Shown: positions 16,373 through 24,647 of the stretch, one piece after another
How positions within the stretch are numbered: the first letter of the stretch is position 1
Layout: each line of letters starts with the position of its first letter
From: an uncultured Clostridium sp.
GTDB lineage: Bacteria; Bacillota; Clostridia; TANB77; CAG-508
Length of the DNA stretch: 33,387 nt
Assembly: GCA_964415805.1 (NCBI GenBank)
Contig: CAYQBQ010000002.1
Location: forward strand, 1-33,387
Direction: 5' to 3'
Translations under genes and position numbers: made by a program
The notes under the pieces: model-generated
What the model was told of the DNA's origin: nothing
Database searches by the model: none
The model's input: the letters and a program-made list of their open reading frames with translations, nothing else

Positions 16373-17263
16373 CTACTCACCTACCTTTTCTATAAATATA
16401 TCATTTAATGTTGGTTTTTTAATTTCAAATTTATTAATTTCTATTCCATTTTTGACTAGTTCATTTAAAAGGTTATGGGCAACTGCTTCATTTTCAATTT
16501 TAATTATATAGTCATTATTTTTCTCATTTTCTTTTGTTAAATTAAATCTTTTTATGTATTCGTCTATATTTTGATTCACATCAATTTCTACACGATTTGC
16601 TGGATATGTATTTTTTATCTCTTTTAAATTTCCTTGTAATACTGTTTTACCTTTATTTAAAATTAATATATCACTACAAAATTCTTCTATTGTTGACATC
16701 TGATGTGCTGACATTATTACGTATTTTCCGTTTTTTACTAAATCTATTATGATATTTTTTAATATTTCTGTATTTACTGGGTCTAATCCACTAAACGGTT
16801 CATCTAGAACTACTAATTCAGGATTATGTATTACTGCTGTCATAAATTGAATTTTTTGTTGATTTCCTTTTGATAATTTTTCTGCTGGCATTTGTAAATA
16901 TTCTTCTACTTTTAGTTCTTTTGCCCATTTATTTATTGAATCTACTGCTTCTTGTTTTTTCATTCCTTTTAATTCAGCAAAATACATTAGTTGATCAAAT
17001 ATCTTTGTTTTGGGATACACTCCTCTTTCTTCTGGTAAATACCCAAAGTTAACATTTTTTCTTTCTACTGTTTTTCCATTCCATGTTATTTCTCCACTAT
17101 CCTTTTTTATAATTCCTAACAACATTCTTATTGTTGTAGTTTTTCCTGCACCATTTGTTCCTAATAGTCCAAATACTCCTGGTTTGTCTAGTGTTAATGA
17201 TACATTGTCTACTGCTTTTTTGCCCACAAATGTTTTGGATACATTTTTTAATACTAAACTCAT
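16373..17263 (-). CDS. ABC transporter ATP-binding protein (NatA-like)
   Basis: Carries Walker A GTNGAGKTT, the signature LSKGNQQK and Walker B LVVLDEPFSGLD. Confidence 0.9.
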   Translation of the reverse strand: MSLVLKNVSKTFVGKKAVDNVSLTLDKPGVFGLLGTNGAGKTTTIRMLLGIIKKDSGEITWNGKTVERKNVNFGYLPEERGVYPKTKIFDQLMYFAELKGMKKQEAVDSINKWAKELKVEEYLQMPAEKLSKGNQQKIQFMTAVIHNPELVVLDEPFSGLDPVNTEILKNIIIDLVKNGKYVIMSAHQMSTIEEFCSDILILNKGKTVLQGNLKEIKNTYPANRVEIDVNQNIDEYIKRFNLTKENEKNNDYIIKIENEAVAHNLLNELVKNGIEINKFEIKKPTLNDIFIEKVGE

Positions 17264-17390
17264 TTGCTTATCCCCTTTCTATTTTCTGTTTTCAATTATA
17301 TATTATAATTATTACATTTGGCAATATAATTGACTTAATATTCAAAAAAAAGAAACTACCTAATCCAGATAATTTCTTTTTATACTAATT

Positions 17391-18551
17391 TTACATAGCT
17401 CTTCTATATAATTCAATAAAGTCTTCTTTTGAAACTTCTCTTGGATTTCCTGGTTTGCAAGGATCTTCCATTGCTTTTTCAGCAAGCATTTCAAAATCTT
17501 CTTCCTTAGCTCCATAGTCTTTTATAGTTTGAGTAATACCAACTGCTTTAGAAAGTTCACTTATCATCCATACAAATGTATTTATAACATCTTGGTCATT
17601 TAAATGTGCAGCATCTGGTCTACCTATTTCACATAATATTTCTCTAAATCTTTGTGCTGTTTCTGGGCTTTCTCCATTAAATCTCATAACTGTTGGTAAA
17701 AGCATAGCATTTGCGATTCCATGTGGTGTATCATATACAGCTCCTAATTGATGTGCCATTGAGTGGACTATACCAAGTCCTACATTTGAAAATCCCATAC
17801 CTGCAATATATTGGGCCATTCCCATCATTTCAACAGCCTTTGGATCTTTTTTATTTACTGCAGCTGGTAAATATTTAAATATTAATTTTATAGCCTTCAT
17901 ATGGAACATGTCTGACATTTCGTTATGAGCTTTTGTTATATATCCTTCTACTGCATGTGTTAATGCATCCATTCCTGTTGCTGCAGCAAGTGATTTTGGC
18001 ATTGATGCCATTAATTCTGAATCAACTATTGCTACAATTGGAATATCGTTAGGGTCAACGCATACCATTTTTATTTTTCTTTCTTCATCTGTTATTACAT
18101 AATTAATTGTAACTTCTGATGCAGTTCCTGCTGTTGTTGGTAGTGCAATCATTGGCATTCCTTTGTTCACTGTGTTTGATAATCCATTTAGAGATTTTAT
18201 ATCAGCTCTATCTGGGTTTGTCATCACTATTGAAATTCCTTTTGCTGTGTCCATGCTTGAACCTCCACCTACAGCTACTATTACATCTGCTCCTGATTCT
18301 TTACATGCAGCCACTCCATCTGTTACATTTTTGATTGTTGGGTTTGGTTTTATTTCATCATATAGTGAGTATTCGATTCCTGCATCTGTTAATATTTTTT
18401 CTACTTTTGCAGTTACTCCTGCTTCTACTAATGGTTTATCTGTTACCAAAAATACTTTTTTGAATTTTCCTTTTTTTATTTCTTCTGCTAGTACTTCTCT
18501 TGCATTGTTTCCAAAATATGATGTCTCGTTTAAGACAAATCTTATTGCCAT
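17391..18551 (-). CDS. Iron-containing (group III) alcohol dehydrogenase, lactaldehyde/propanediol reductase-like
   Basis: 386 aa with GGGSSMDTAKG, the metal-site histidines (THAVE, HSMAHQLG, HG.ANA) and a typical Fe-ADH layout. Confidence 0.85.
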   Translation of the reverse strand: MAIRFVLNETSYFGNNAREVLAEEIKKGKFKKVFLVTDKPLVEAGVTAKVEKILTDAGIEYSLYDEIKPNPTIKNVTDGVAACKESGADVIVAVGGGSSMDTAKGISIVMTNPDRADIKSLNGLSNTVNKGMPMIALPTTAGTASEVTINYVITDEERKIKMVCVDPNDIPIVAIVDSELMASMPKSLAAATGMDALTHAVEGYITKAHNEMSDMFHMKAIKLIFKYLPAAVNKKDPKAVEMMGMAQYIAGMGFSNVGLGIVHSMAHQLGAVYDTPHGIANAMLLPTVMRFNGESPETAQRFREILCEIGRPDAAHLNDQDVINTFVWMISELSKAVGITQTIKDYGAKEEDFEMLAEKAMEDPCKPGNPREVSKEDFIELYRRAM

Positions 18552-18644
18552 TTTTCATTCCTCCTTTGTATTTTTTTCTTTTTAATTATATCAATAATAA
18601 TTTCTTTGTACAATATTTTTCATTAAACTTTCATAAAAAAGTGA

Positions 18645-19295
18645 CTACACTTCTGTATAGTCACTTGGAATATTGAAATAACTGTCATTTACATTTCCAT
18701 AACTTATATCTATTTTAATTAATTCTTGATTTTCTCCAACAATTGTTTTTATATAAGAAAGCTCTCCATTTTTGTAATATAATCTAGTTTTTGCATACTC
18801 TAGATTATTTACTGACAATTCATCATCAAATAGAAATCCTTGAAAATTCGGTATTTCCTCATATTTATATTGTTTTCCATTTATATTTTCTTTACCAATT
18901 TTTAAATTTGCTGTATCTATTTCTTCAAATTGTTGTTTTATTTCAGTTAGTATTTCATCATTGTTTTCATATTTATAATAGTTTTTTTCACTATCATCTA
19001 AATAATACGTATCTCCATTTTTTACAATATATTTTTTTGTTTTACCATTTGTTGTTATTTCTTTATATGCTTGGCTTCCTTTTATCATTATAATAATTTT
19101 ATTTTTTTCGTCAACTGTTCTTGTATAAGTTATTTCATTTGTATTATTTATTTTTTCATACATTTTGGATGTTAAAGTATTTTCTTGATTATCTGTATTT
19201 TTGTTCTTTATTGAAAATACAATTAATCCTATAATAATTGCTAATACCACTATAGCTATAATTATAAAAATAATATTTCTCTTTGACTTTGACAT
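18645..19295 (-). CDS. Hypothetical membrane-anchored extracytoplasmic protein
   Basis: 216 aa behind an AAGGGAG Shine-Dalgarno sequence. It has an N-terminal TM anchor followed by a Tyr/Asn/Lys-rich, beta-type sequence. No motif was recognised. Confidence 0.55.
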   Translation of the reverse strand: MSKSKRNIIFIIIAIVVLAIIIGLIVFSIKNKNTDNQENTLTSKMYEKINNTNEITYTRTVDEKNKIIIMIKGSQAYKEITTNGKTKKYIVKNGDTYYLDDSEKNYYKYENNDEILTEIKQQFEEIDTANLKIGKENINGKQYKYEEIPNFQGFLFDDELSVNNLEYAKTRLYYKNGELSYIKTIVGENQELIKIDISYGNVNDSYFNIPSDYTEV

Positions 19296-19331
19296 TTTAA
19301 ATTTCTCCCTTCATTTTGTTTTGTTACGTTT

Positions 19332-20477
19332 TTAGTCTCCTAAATTAATACCCACACTTCTAGCAGTTTTAACTAAATCATCATCTAATGTAACTTTTCT
19401 TTGGTTACTTTGTACTGTATTTCCTGAAACCGCACCTATTTCTTTATTTTGTCCAACAACATCTTCTAATGACGCATAATCTACTTTTCCATCTTTTATA
19501 ACTACTAAATTTCCAAATTTTTCTTCCATAGCTAATCTCATAGCTGCTGTTCCATATTTTGTTGATAACACTCTATCAAACGCTGTTGGTGTTCCCCCTC
19601 TTTGCATATATCCTAATGTTGTATTTCTTGCCTCTAATCCTGTTAATTCTTGTAATTGTTTTGCAACTTTTTCTCCTACTCCACCAAGCTTAGTATTATC
19701 TACACCTTTTCCATTATCTCTTACATTTTCAACTGTAATCTCTCCATCTTTTGGTTTTGCGCCTTCTGCAACAACTACAACACTAAAGTTTTTACCTCTT
19801 TTTTGTCTATTTTTTACTTTTTCTGCCACTCTATTAATATCATATGGTATTTCTGGAATTAGAGCAACATCTGCTCCTCCTGCTATAGCTGATTCTAATG
19901 CTATCCATCCTGCATATCTTCCCATAACCTCTAACACCATTATTCTATGATGTGTTTCACCTGTAGTATGAAGTCTATCAATCGCTTCCATTGCAACAGA
20001 TACAGCTGTATTATATCCAAATGTTATTTCTGTGCATGCTACATCGTTATCTATTGTTTTTGGAACTCCTATTACATTTACTCCTTTTGTTGCAAAATCT
20101 CTTGCTGATTTTTGTGTTCCATCTCCTCCTAGTGTAAACAAACAATCAAATTTATCATTTTTTATATTTTCTACACATTTATCAGATAAGTCTTTATATT
20201 CAATTGTTCCATCTTCATTTGTAACTTTATAATTAAATACATTTGCATTTGTTGATGAACCAATTATTGAACCACCTTTTGGTAATATTCCTTCTGCATT
20301 TCCATCTTCTGCTGTACTTAATCTTACATAATCATTTTTTAATAATCCATTATATCCATCAATAAACCCATAACATTCTACGTCATTATTTTCAGCAGTT
20401 TTTACAATACCTCTTATTACAGCATTAAATCCTGCTACGTCTCCTCCATTTGCTAATATTGCAACTTTTTTAATCAT
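19332..20477 (-). CDS. 6-phosphofructokinase (PfkA superfamily; phosphoryl donor not assignable)
   Basis: Carries VAILANGGDVAGFNAVIRG, LGGDGTQKS, VPKTIDNDV and MGR.AGWIAL. The start is set at MIKKVAIL behind AGGAGG. The 13 extra codons in the track run through an inverted repeat. Confidence 0.85.
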   Translation of the reverse strand: MIKKVAILANGGDVAGFNAVIRGIVKTAENNDVECYGFIDGYNGLLKNDYVRLSTAEDGNAEGILPKGGSIIGSSTNANVFNYKVTNEDGTIEYKDLSDKCVENIKNDKFDCLFTLGGDGTQKSARDFATKGVNVIGVPKTIDNDVACTEITFGYNTAVSVAMEAIDRLHTTGETHHRIMVLEVMGRYAGWIALESAIAGGADVALIPEIPYDINRVAEKVKNRQKRGKNFSVVVVAEGAKPKDGEITVENVRDNGKGVDNTKLGGVGEKVAKQLQELTGLEARNTTLGYMQRGGTPTAFDRVLSTKYGTAAMRLAMEEKFGNLVVIKDGKVDYASLEDVVGQNKEIGAVSGNTVQSNQRKVTLDDDLVKTARSVGINLGD

Positions 20478-20493
20478 CTTAATTCCTCCTTTA

Positions 20494-20570
20494 GGGATTA
20501 AGGGGCCACCACACAAAATCCCTATTTTTTTTATAACTACCGGGATTTTGTGTGGTGGCCCCTTAATCCC
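20494..20570. repeat. Perfect 29-bp inverted repeat with a 19-nt loop (GC-rich palindromic element A)
   Basis: GGGATTAAGGGGCCACCACACAAAATCCC (20494-20522) is the exact reverse complement of 20542-20570. It lies between the DUF4116 stop and the pfk Shine-Dalgarno sequence. No U-tract follows on either strand. Confidence 0.9.
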
Positions 20571-20575
20571 GCTTT

Positions 20576-21136
20576 TTATCCTATAAGACTTTTTATTTCC
20601 TCATCATTTTTCAATTCTTTGCTTAAGAATTGAAATGCTCTTTTATCTTGTTTTATGGCAATCTCTGCAATTTCTTTATCATTTCTTAATCTTAGACTTG
20701 CATATTTTACAATTAAACCTTTATTTTCAACAGCAGCCTTAACTACTTCTTTGTCATCTCTCAACTTTTTACTTGCATAATATAGTGTTTGTCCATATTC
20801 TTTTACACTTGCCATTATGACATCTTTATCAGCCTTTAATCTTTCAGATACATAGCATGCAGTCCATGGAGCTTTATTTATTGCAAGTAATGCAATTTGT
20901 TTATTATCCCTAAGTCTATCAGATACAAATTCCATTGTTTCTCCATCTTGTTCTAATGCTGTTTTTACAATTTCCTCATCATCTTGAAATTCTGGTATCG
21001 CAAACTCTAATAACTTTCCTTTATTTTGTACCGCTTTCAAGACATATTCTCTATTATCTTTATTTGCCTTCATCTCTGTTACATCTGGATCTTCCATTAA
21101 TTTTCTTTCCTTTCGACATTTTTCTACATATTTCAT
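20576..21136 (-). CDS. DUF4116 repeat protein
   Basis: 186 aa built from repeated units of about 30 aa, of the type (A/V)(V/L)xQ(N/D)Gxxhx(F/Y)(A/V)Sxxh(R/K)(D/N)(D/N)KE(I/V)hxxA(I/V). The Shine-Dalgarno sequence at the first ATG is weak, so the start is uncertain. Confidence 0.65.
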   Translation of the reverse strand: MKYVEKCRKERKLMEDPDVTEMKANKDNREYVLKAVQNKGKLLEFAIPEFQDDEEIVKTALEQDGETMEFVSDRLRDNKQIALLAINKAPWTACYVSERLKADKDVIMASVKEYGQTLYYASKKLRDDKEVVKAAVENKGLIVKYASLRLRNDKEIAEIAIKQDKRAFQFLSKELKNDEEIKSLIG

Positions 21137-21156
21137 GAGACAAATTAAGACCGTCC

Positions 21157-21819
21157 CTATTGTCTCATTTTTGCTATTAATGCTTTTATTTTTATTCCTT
21201 GCTCAGAAAACATTTTTTCATGTTCTGTTTCAATATTATTTTCAAAAATTGGTTCTTTATGCAAATCAAATGTTTTTGATATTATTTCAAAACCACTTTC
21301 TTCAAAATAAATCAAGCTTGAATTAAATAAATCGTCATCATCTGTCTTAAAAAAGATTTCTCCATCTTTTGATAAAAATTGCTTGTATTTTTCAAGTTGT
21401 CTTGTATGAGTAAGTCTTTTCTTTCTGTGTTTTCCTTTTGGCCATGGATTACAAAAATTTATATATATTCTTTTTATATTATCTTGCTCATTTAAAATCA
21501 TTAATATTCTTTCTATATCGAATCTTGTTAAAAGAATGTTATCAGTTTCTATATGGTTTTCTTGATAAATTTGTTCAACATTTCTCTTTGCTAATCCTAA
21601 CATCGCATCTACTAAATCTATTGCAATATAATTTGTGTTTAAATTGCTTGATGCTAAATTTGCTATAAATTGTCCTTTTCCACATCCTAATTCTAGATGT
21701 ATTGGATTATCTGGATTTTTAAAAAGTTCTTTCCATTTTCCTTTGTATTCTTCTGGATTGTCTATATAAAATTTACTTGCTTCTAATTCGGGTCTTGCCC
21801 ATTTTTTATATCTTATTCT
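21157..21819 (-). CDS. trmB: tRNA (guanine46-N7)-methyltransferase
   Basis: [13 protein letters not shown] starts like Bacillus TrmB. The SAM motif is [10 protein letters not shown], and FNFCNPWPK-like [16 protein letters not shown] is present. The start was moved to the ATG behind GGTGA. Confidence 0.85.
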   Translation of the reverse strand, partial: RIRYKKWARPELEASKFYIDNPEEYKGKWKELFKNPDNPIHLELGCGKGQFIANLASSNLNTNYIAIDLVDAMLGLAKRNVEQIYQENHIETDNILLTRFDIERILMILNEQDNIKRIYINFCNPWPKGKHRKKRLTHTRQLEKYKQFLSKDGEIFFKTDDDDLFNSSLIYFEESGFEIISKTFDLHKEPIFENNIETEHEKMFSEQGIKIKALIAKMRQ

Positions 21820-21875
21820 CATTTTTTTCACCAAAGAAATTATATACATAATTTTTTAAAAAGTAAAGGCAAAAT

Positions 21876-21922
21876 TTGTATTTTTTGTTTGTAAATGTTA
21901 AAATTATGTTATAGTTCAGTGA
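21876..21922 (+). promoter_or_regulatory. Candidate promoter of the pseudouridine synthase gene plus conserved box copy 2
   Basis: TTGTAT (21876-21881), a 17-nt spacer, then TAAAAT (21899-21904). The box TTAAAATT-at-GTTATAGTTCAGTGA (21898-21922) overlaps the -10 and the first transcribed bases. Confidence 0.4.
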
Positions 21923-21983
21923 GAAATAGTTATGTTATTTAAACTTTGACTCACCAATAATATTTAAATTTTAAGAGGTTTTT

Positions 21984-22856
21984 ATGAAATTAGAATATAT
22001 TATAGAAAATAATAAATCAAATATAAATCAAATATTGCAAAATGAACTAAGTATATCTTCCAGATTACTTTATAAACTAATTAAAAGCCAACGAATTTTA
22101 TTAAATGGAAATATTTGTGATACCAGAAATCATTCTAATGTTGGTGATACATTAATAGTAGATTTTAATTATGATGAAGATAATTCTAATATTGTTCCTA
22201 CTAAAATGGATTTGGATATTATATATGAAGATGAATGGCTGTTGATTGTTAACAAACCTGCTGGAGTAGCAATTCATCCATCCATTTTACATTATTCTGA
22301 TTCTTTATGTAATGGTATTAGATTTTATTTTGATTCTATTGGTTTAAAGAAAAAGATTAGACCTGTAAATAGACTTGATTTAAATACTTCTGGTTTAGTA
22401 ATTTTCGCAAAATGTGAATATATTCAAGAATGTTTAATTTCTCAAATGAAAGATCATTTGTTTAAAAAAGAATATTTAGCTATATGTGACGGAATTTTTG
22501 AAAATAAATATGGTACCATTAATTTACCAATTGCTAGAAAAAAAGATAGTATTATTGAAAGATGTATTTCTGATGATGGTCAACCTTCTATTACTCATTA
22601 CGAAGTTTTAAAAGAATTTAGTAATTATAGTTTAGTTAGATGTATTTTAGAAACTGGTAGAACTCATCAAATTAGGGTTCATATGTCTGCTATTTCTCAT
22701 CCTCTAATTGGTGATAGTTTATATGGTTCTCTTTCTGATTTAATTGATAGACAGGCTTTGCATTGTTATAAATTAAAATTTTTACATCCTATCACAAAAA
22801 AGTTTATGGATTTTTGTGGCGAAATACCACTAGATTTTAAAAAATTAGAAGAGTAA
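21984..22856 (+). CDS. RluA-family 23S rRNA pseudouridine synthase (RluD-like, S4 domain plus catalytic domain)
   Basis: Carries VNKPAGVAIHP, RPVNRLDLNTSGLVIFAK and the GRTHQIRVH motif. An AAGAGG Shine-Dalgarno sequence is present. Confidence 0.85.
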   Translation: MKLEYIIENNKSNINQILQNELSISSRLLYKLIKSQRILLNGNICDTRNHSNVGDTLIVDFNYDEDNSNIVPTKMDLDIIYEDEWLLIVNKPAGVAIHPSILHYSDSLCNGIRFYFDSIGLKKKIRPVNRLDLNTSGLVIFAKCEYIQECLISQMKDHLFKKEYLAICDGIFENKYGTINLPIARKKDSIIERCISDDGQPSITHYEVLKEFSNYSLVRCILETGRTHQIRVHMSAISHPLIGDSLYGSLSDLIDRQALHCYKLKFLHPITKKFMDFCGEIPLDFKKLEE

Positions 22857-23196
22857 ATCTGTAAGCCGGGTTCTGTCTTTTAAAATAGTCATTTATCTAG
22901 GATATATATTGCTATATATCTCAAGCCACGCAATTCAAGAAGGTGCCGAGCAGGCTTAATCTTCTTTATTAGGTGTTGCTCCAGATGGGGTTTACACAGC
23001 CCTCTATGTCACCATAAAGGCGGTGAGCTCTTACCTCGCCTTTTCATCCTTACCCTTAAAAAGGGCGGTTATTTTCTGTTGCACTTTCCTTAGGGTCACC
23101 CCCACTAGACGTTATCTAGCATCTTTGCTCTGTGGAGCCCGGACTTTCCTCTCGTAGTTCCTTTCGGAATTTACCAGCGACTATTCAATTTACTCT
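22850..23196 (-). ncRNA. rnpB: RNase P RNA, bacterial class A
   Basis: The minus strand contains GAGGAAAGTCCGGGCTCCACAGAGC, GTGCAACAGAAAATAACCGCC, GGGTAAGGATGAAAAGGCGAGGTAAGAGCTCACCGCC, GTAAACCCCATCTGGAGCAA, CTAGATAAATGACTAT and ACAGAACCCGGCTTACAG. These occur in the same order as in E. coli M1 RNA. P1 pairs AGAGTAAAT at 23196-23188 with ATTTACTCT at 22858-22850. Confidence 0.93.
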
Positions 23197-23203
23197 ATTT
23201 GAA

Positions 23204-23212
23204 ATTATATCA
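23204..23212 (-). promoter_or_regulatory. Extended -10 promoter element (TGATATAAT) for rnpB
   Basis: TATAAT lies at 23209-23204 on the minus strand. It is preceded by the TGA stop codon of the upstream CDS, which supplies the TGn. The predicted start site, 7-8 nt downstream, coincides with the P1 5' end. Confidence 0.45.
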
Positions 23213-24124
23213 CATATTTTGTAATTCTTCTAGTAAATTTTTATATTTTATTAAAAAAACTTCTTTATCTTTTAATGTTACAGCATTTTGTAATTCATTT
23301 ATTATGATATAAGTTTTATTTATGTTATATTGATTTACGTTTTCTTTATTACTAACATCTGTAACAAGTTTTGTAAATTCCTGTGTTGCATTATTAATAT
23401 TCTCGGATATTGTATTCCATTCTTCTTTATCTAAAATACTGTATGCTCTAAATATATTATTTTTTGTTTTTATTATTATCTTTTCTTTCTCACTATTGGT
23501 ACAGTTATCCATAAATTTTGGTAAATAATCATATAACATTGATAATTCTTTTAAACTATTTTCCTTATTTTCTTCTTTTACCGCTTTTGTTAAATTATCA
23601 TATTCTTTGTTAAAGTTTATAATTTCTTGTTGATTTATTGTAGTTTGATATAAATCAATAGTTGTTGGATATAAAGTTGTATACATTTTTTCAACATCAG
23701 TTTTAATTTGATTCCAATTAATTTCTGAACTTTTATTTAATATTCCGTTTTCCTCCAATTTATATTGTTTATTATCATTGGTTGATTCTGAACTCTCTTC
23801 TGATATTTTAGAACTACTCGACGTTCCTTTTTGGCTTTTTTCGCCTTCACTACTGCTTGAATTTTTTGATTCTTCTGATGTTTGATTTTTGTTTTCTTCT
23901 TCTTTTATTTCGCTTGATGAAATTTTATAGTTTTCAAAACTTATATTATTTAACTCATTAAATAAATTTTGAAATTCACTTTCTAAATGTTTTATTTCTG
24001 CTAATGTTTTTTCTTCTAACTTTTCATTTGCATTGTTTTGTCCAAAAACTTTATAAATAAAAAATCCTGATAAAAAAACAATTAATATTAAACTTATATA
24101 TGCAATATTTGTATATTTTTTCAA
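23210..24124 (-). CDS. Hypothetical membrane-anchored protein with a Ser/Glu-rich linker
   Basis: 304 aa with a TTG start 6 nt after GGAGGG. It has an N-terminal TM segment (IAYISLILIVFLSGFFIY), a low-complexity region SEESKNSSSSEGEKSQKGTSSSSKISEESSES, and a helical C-terminal domain. Confidence 0.55.
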   Translation of the reverse strand: MKKYTNIAYISLILIVFLSGFFIYKVFGQNNANEKLEEKTLAEIKHLESEFQNLFNELNNISFENYKISSSEIKEEENKNQTSEESKNSSSSEGEKSQKGTSSSSKISEESSESTNDNKQYKLEENGILNKSSEINWNQIKTDVEKMYTTLYPTTIDLYQTTINQQEIINFNKEYDNLTKAVKEENKENSLKELSMLYDYLPKFMDNCTNSEKEKIIIKTKNNIFRAYSILDKEEWNTISENINNATQEFTKLVTDVSNKENVNQYNINKTYIIINELQNAVTLKDKEVFLIKYKNLLEELQNM

Positions 24125-24262
24125 AACACACCCTCCATTTATAATTGTATCTAATATTTAGTATTAGCAAATTTATATAAAGTATTCTAAATTTATTTTT
24201 TTAGGTATATTTTAATAACTTTATAATATAATAATAGTAAATACATAAAATAGGAGAATATT

Positions 24263-24541
24263 ATGGTTTCTGTTAATTTGTATAGTGAAAGTTCTAAGGA
24301 ATTAGAAAGGTTTTTAAGTTTATTTTATAATTCTTCTTTTAGTATAAATAATAATTTAAATTGGGAACATAGATATAAGAATCCAATAGAGATTACTGAA
24401 ATAATTGGTGCTTTTGTAGATAATTTTGAAGATTTTAAAATTATGATGTGGATATCTTTAGACAAAGGTGTTTACATTCATGTAACAAAGGATAATGCTA
24501 ATAACTTAATTAAATATTTATATGAAAGATATCCTTATTAA
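24263..24541 (+). CDS. Hypothetical small protein (92 aa)
   Basis: The ORF lies behind a TAGGAGAA Shine-Dalgarno sequence. No motif was recognised. Confidence 0.5.
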   Translation: MVSVNLYSESSKELERFLSLFYNSSFSINNNLNWEHRYKNPIEITEIIGAFVDNFEDFKIMMWISLDKGVYIHVTKDNANNLIKYLYERYPY

Positions 24542-24549
24542 TGGACGTT

Positions 24550-24628
24550 TTGAACCAATGGGGACGTTCTTAAATTGGTAGAAATCGCATTGATTTCAAC
24601 CAATTTAAGAACGTCCCCGTTGGTTCAA
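24550..24628. repeat. 30-bp-stem, 19-nt-loop palindromic element B (same family as 32440-32512)
   Basis: TTGAACCAATGGGGACGTTCTTAAATTGGT (24550-24579) pairs with 24599-24628 with a single T-G mismatch (24559/24619). It lies between convergent genes and starts 9 nt after the stop of the 92-aa ORF. Confidence 0.9.
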
Positions 24629-24647
24629 TCCGCTTGATTAAAAGCGT

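Noticed and set aside
20478-20516. A 13-codon N-terminal extension of the phosphofructokinase ORF (MCGGPLIPKGGIK)
   Set aside because: The extension is read through the left arm of the 29-bp inverted repeat and across the AGGAGG that serves the internal ATG (MIKKVAIL). Canonical PFKs start at that point.
1428-21849. Track start codons for rbgA (2399), the 164-aa membrane protein (2992), carD (8891), dut (9588), trmB (21849), rqcH (30734) and the 83-aa ORF (30621)
   Set aside because: These GTG, TTG or ATG starts lie within or directly against the Shine-Dalgarno sequence, or add residues not seen in the families. Downstream ATGs with 5-10 nt Shine-Dalgarno spacing were preferred. This remains a judgement call without experimental N-termini.
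22895-22925. The AT palindrome GATATATATTGCTATATATC, considered as a dif/Xer site or an operator
   Set aside because: It lies inside rnpB and corresponds to a terminal stem-loop of the RNase P RNA. It does not resemble the Firmicutes dif consensus as I remember it.
24550-24628. Elements A, B and C as ordinary rho-independent terminators
   Set aside because: The stems (28-30 bp) are far longer than typical terminators. None is followed by a U-tract on the strand of the upstream gene. B and C also share sequence. They may still block transcription, so this is downgraded rather than excluded.
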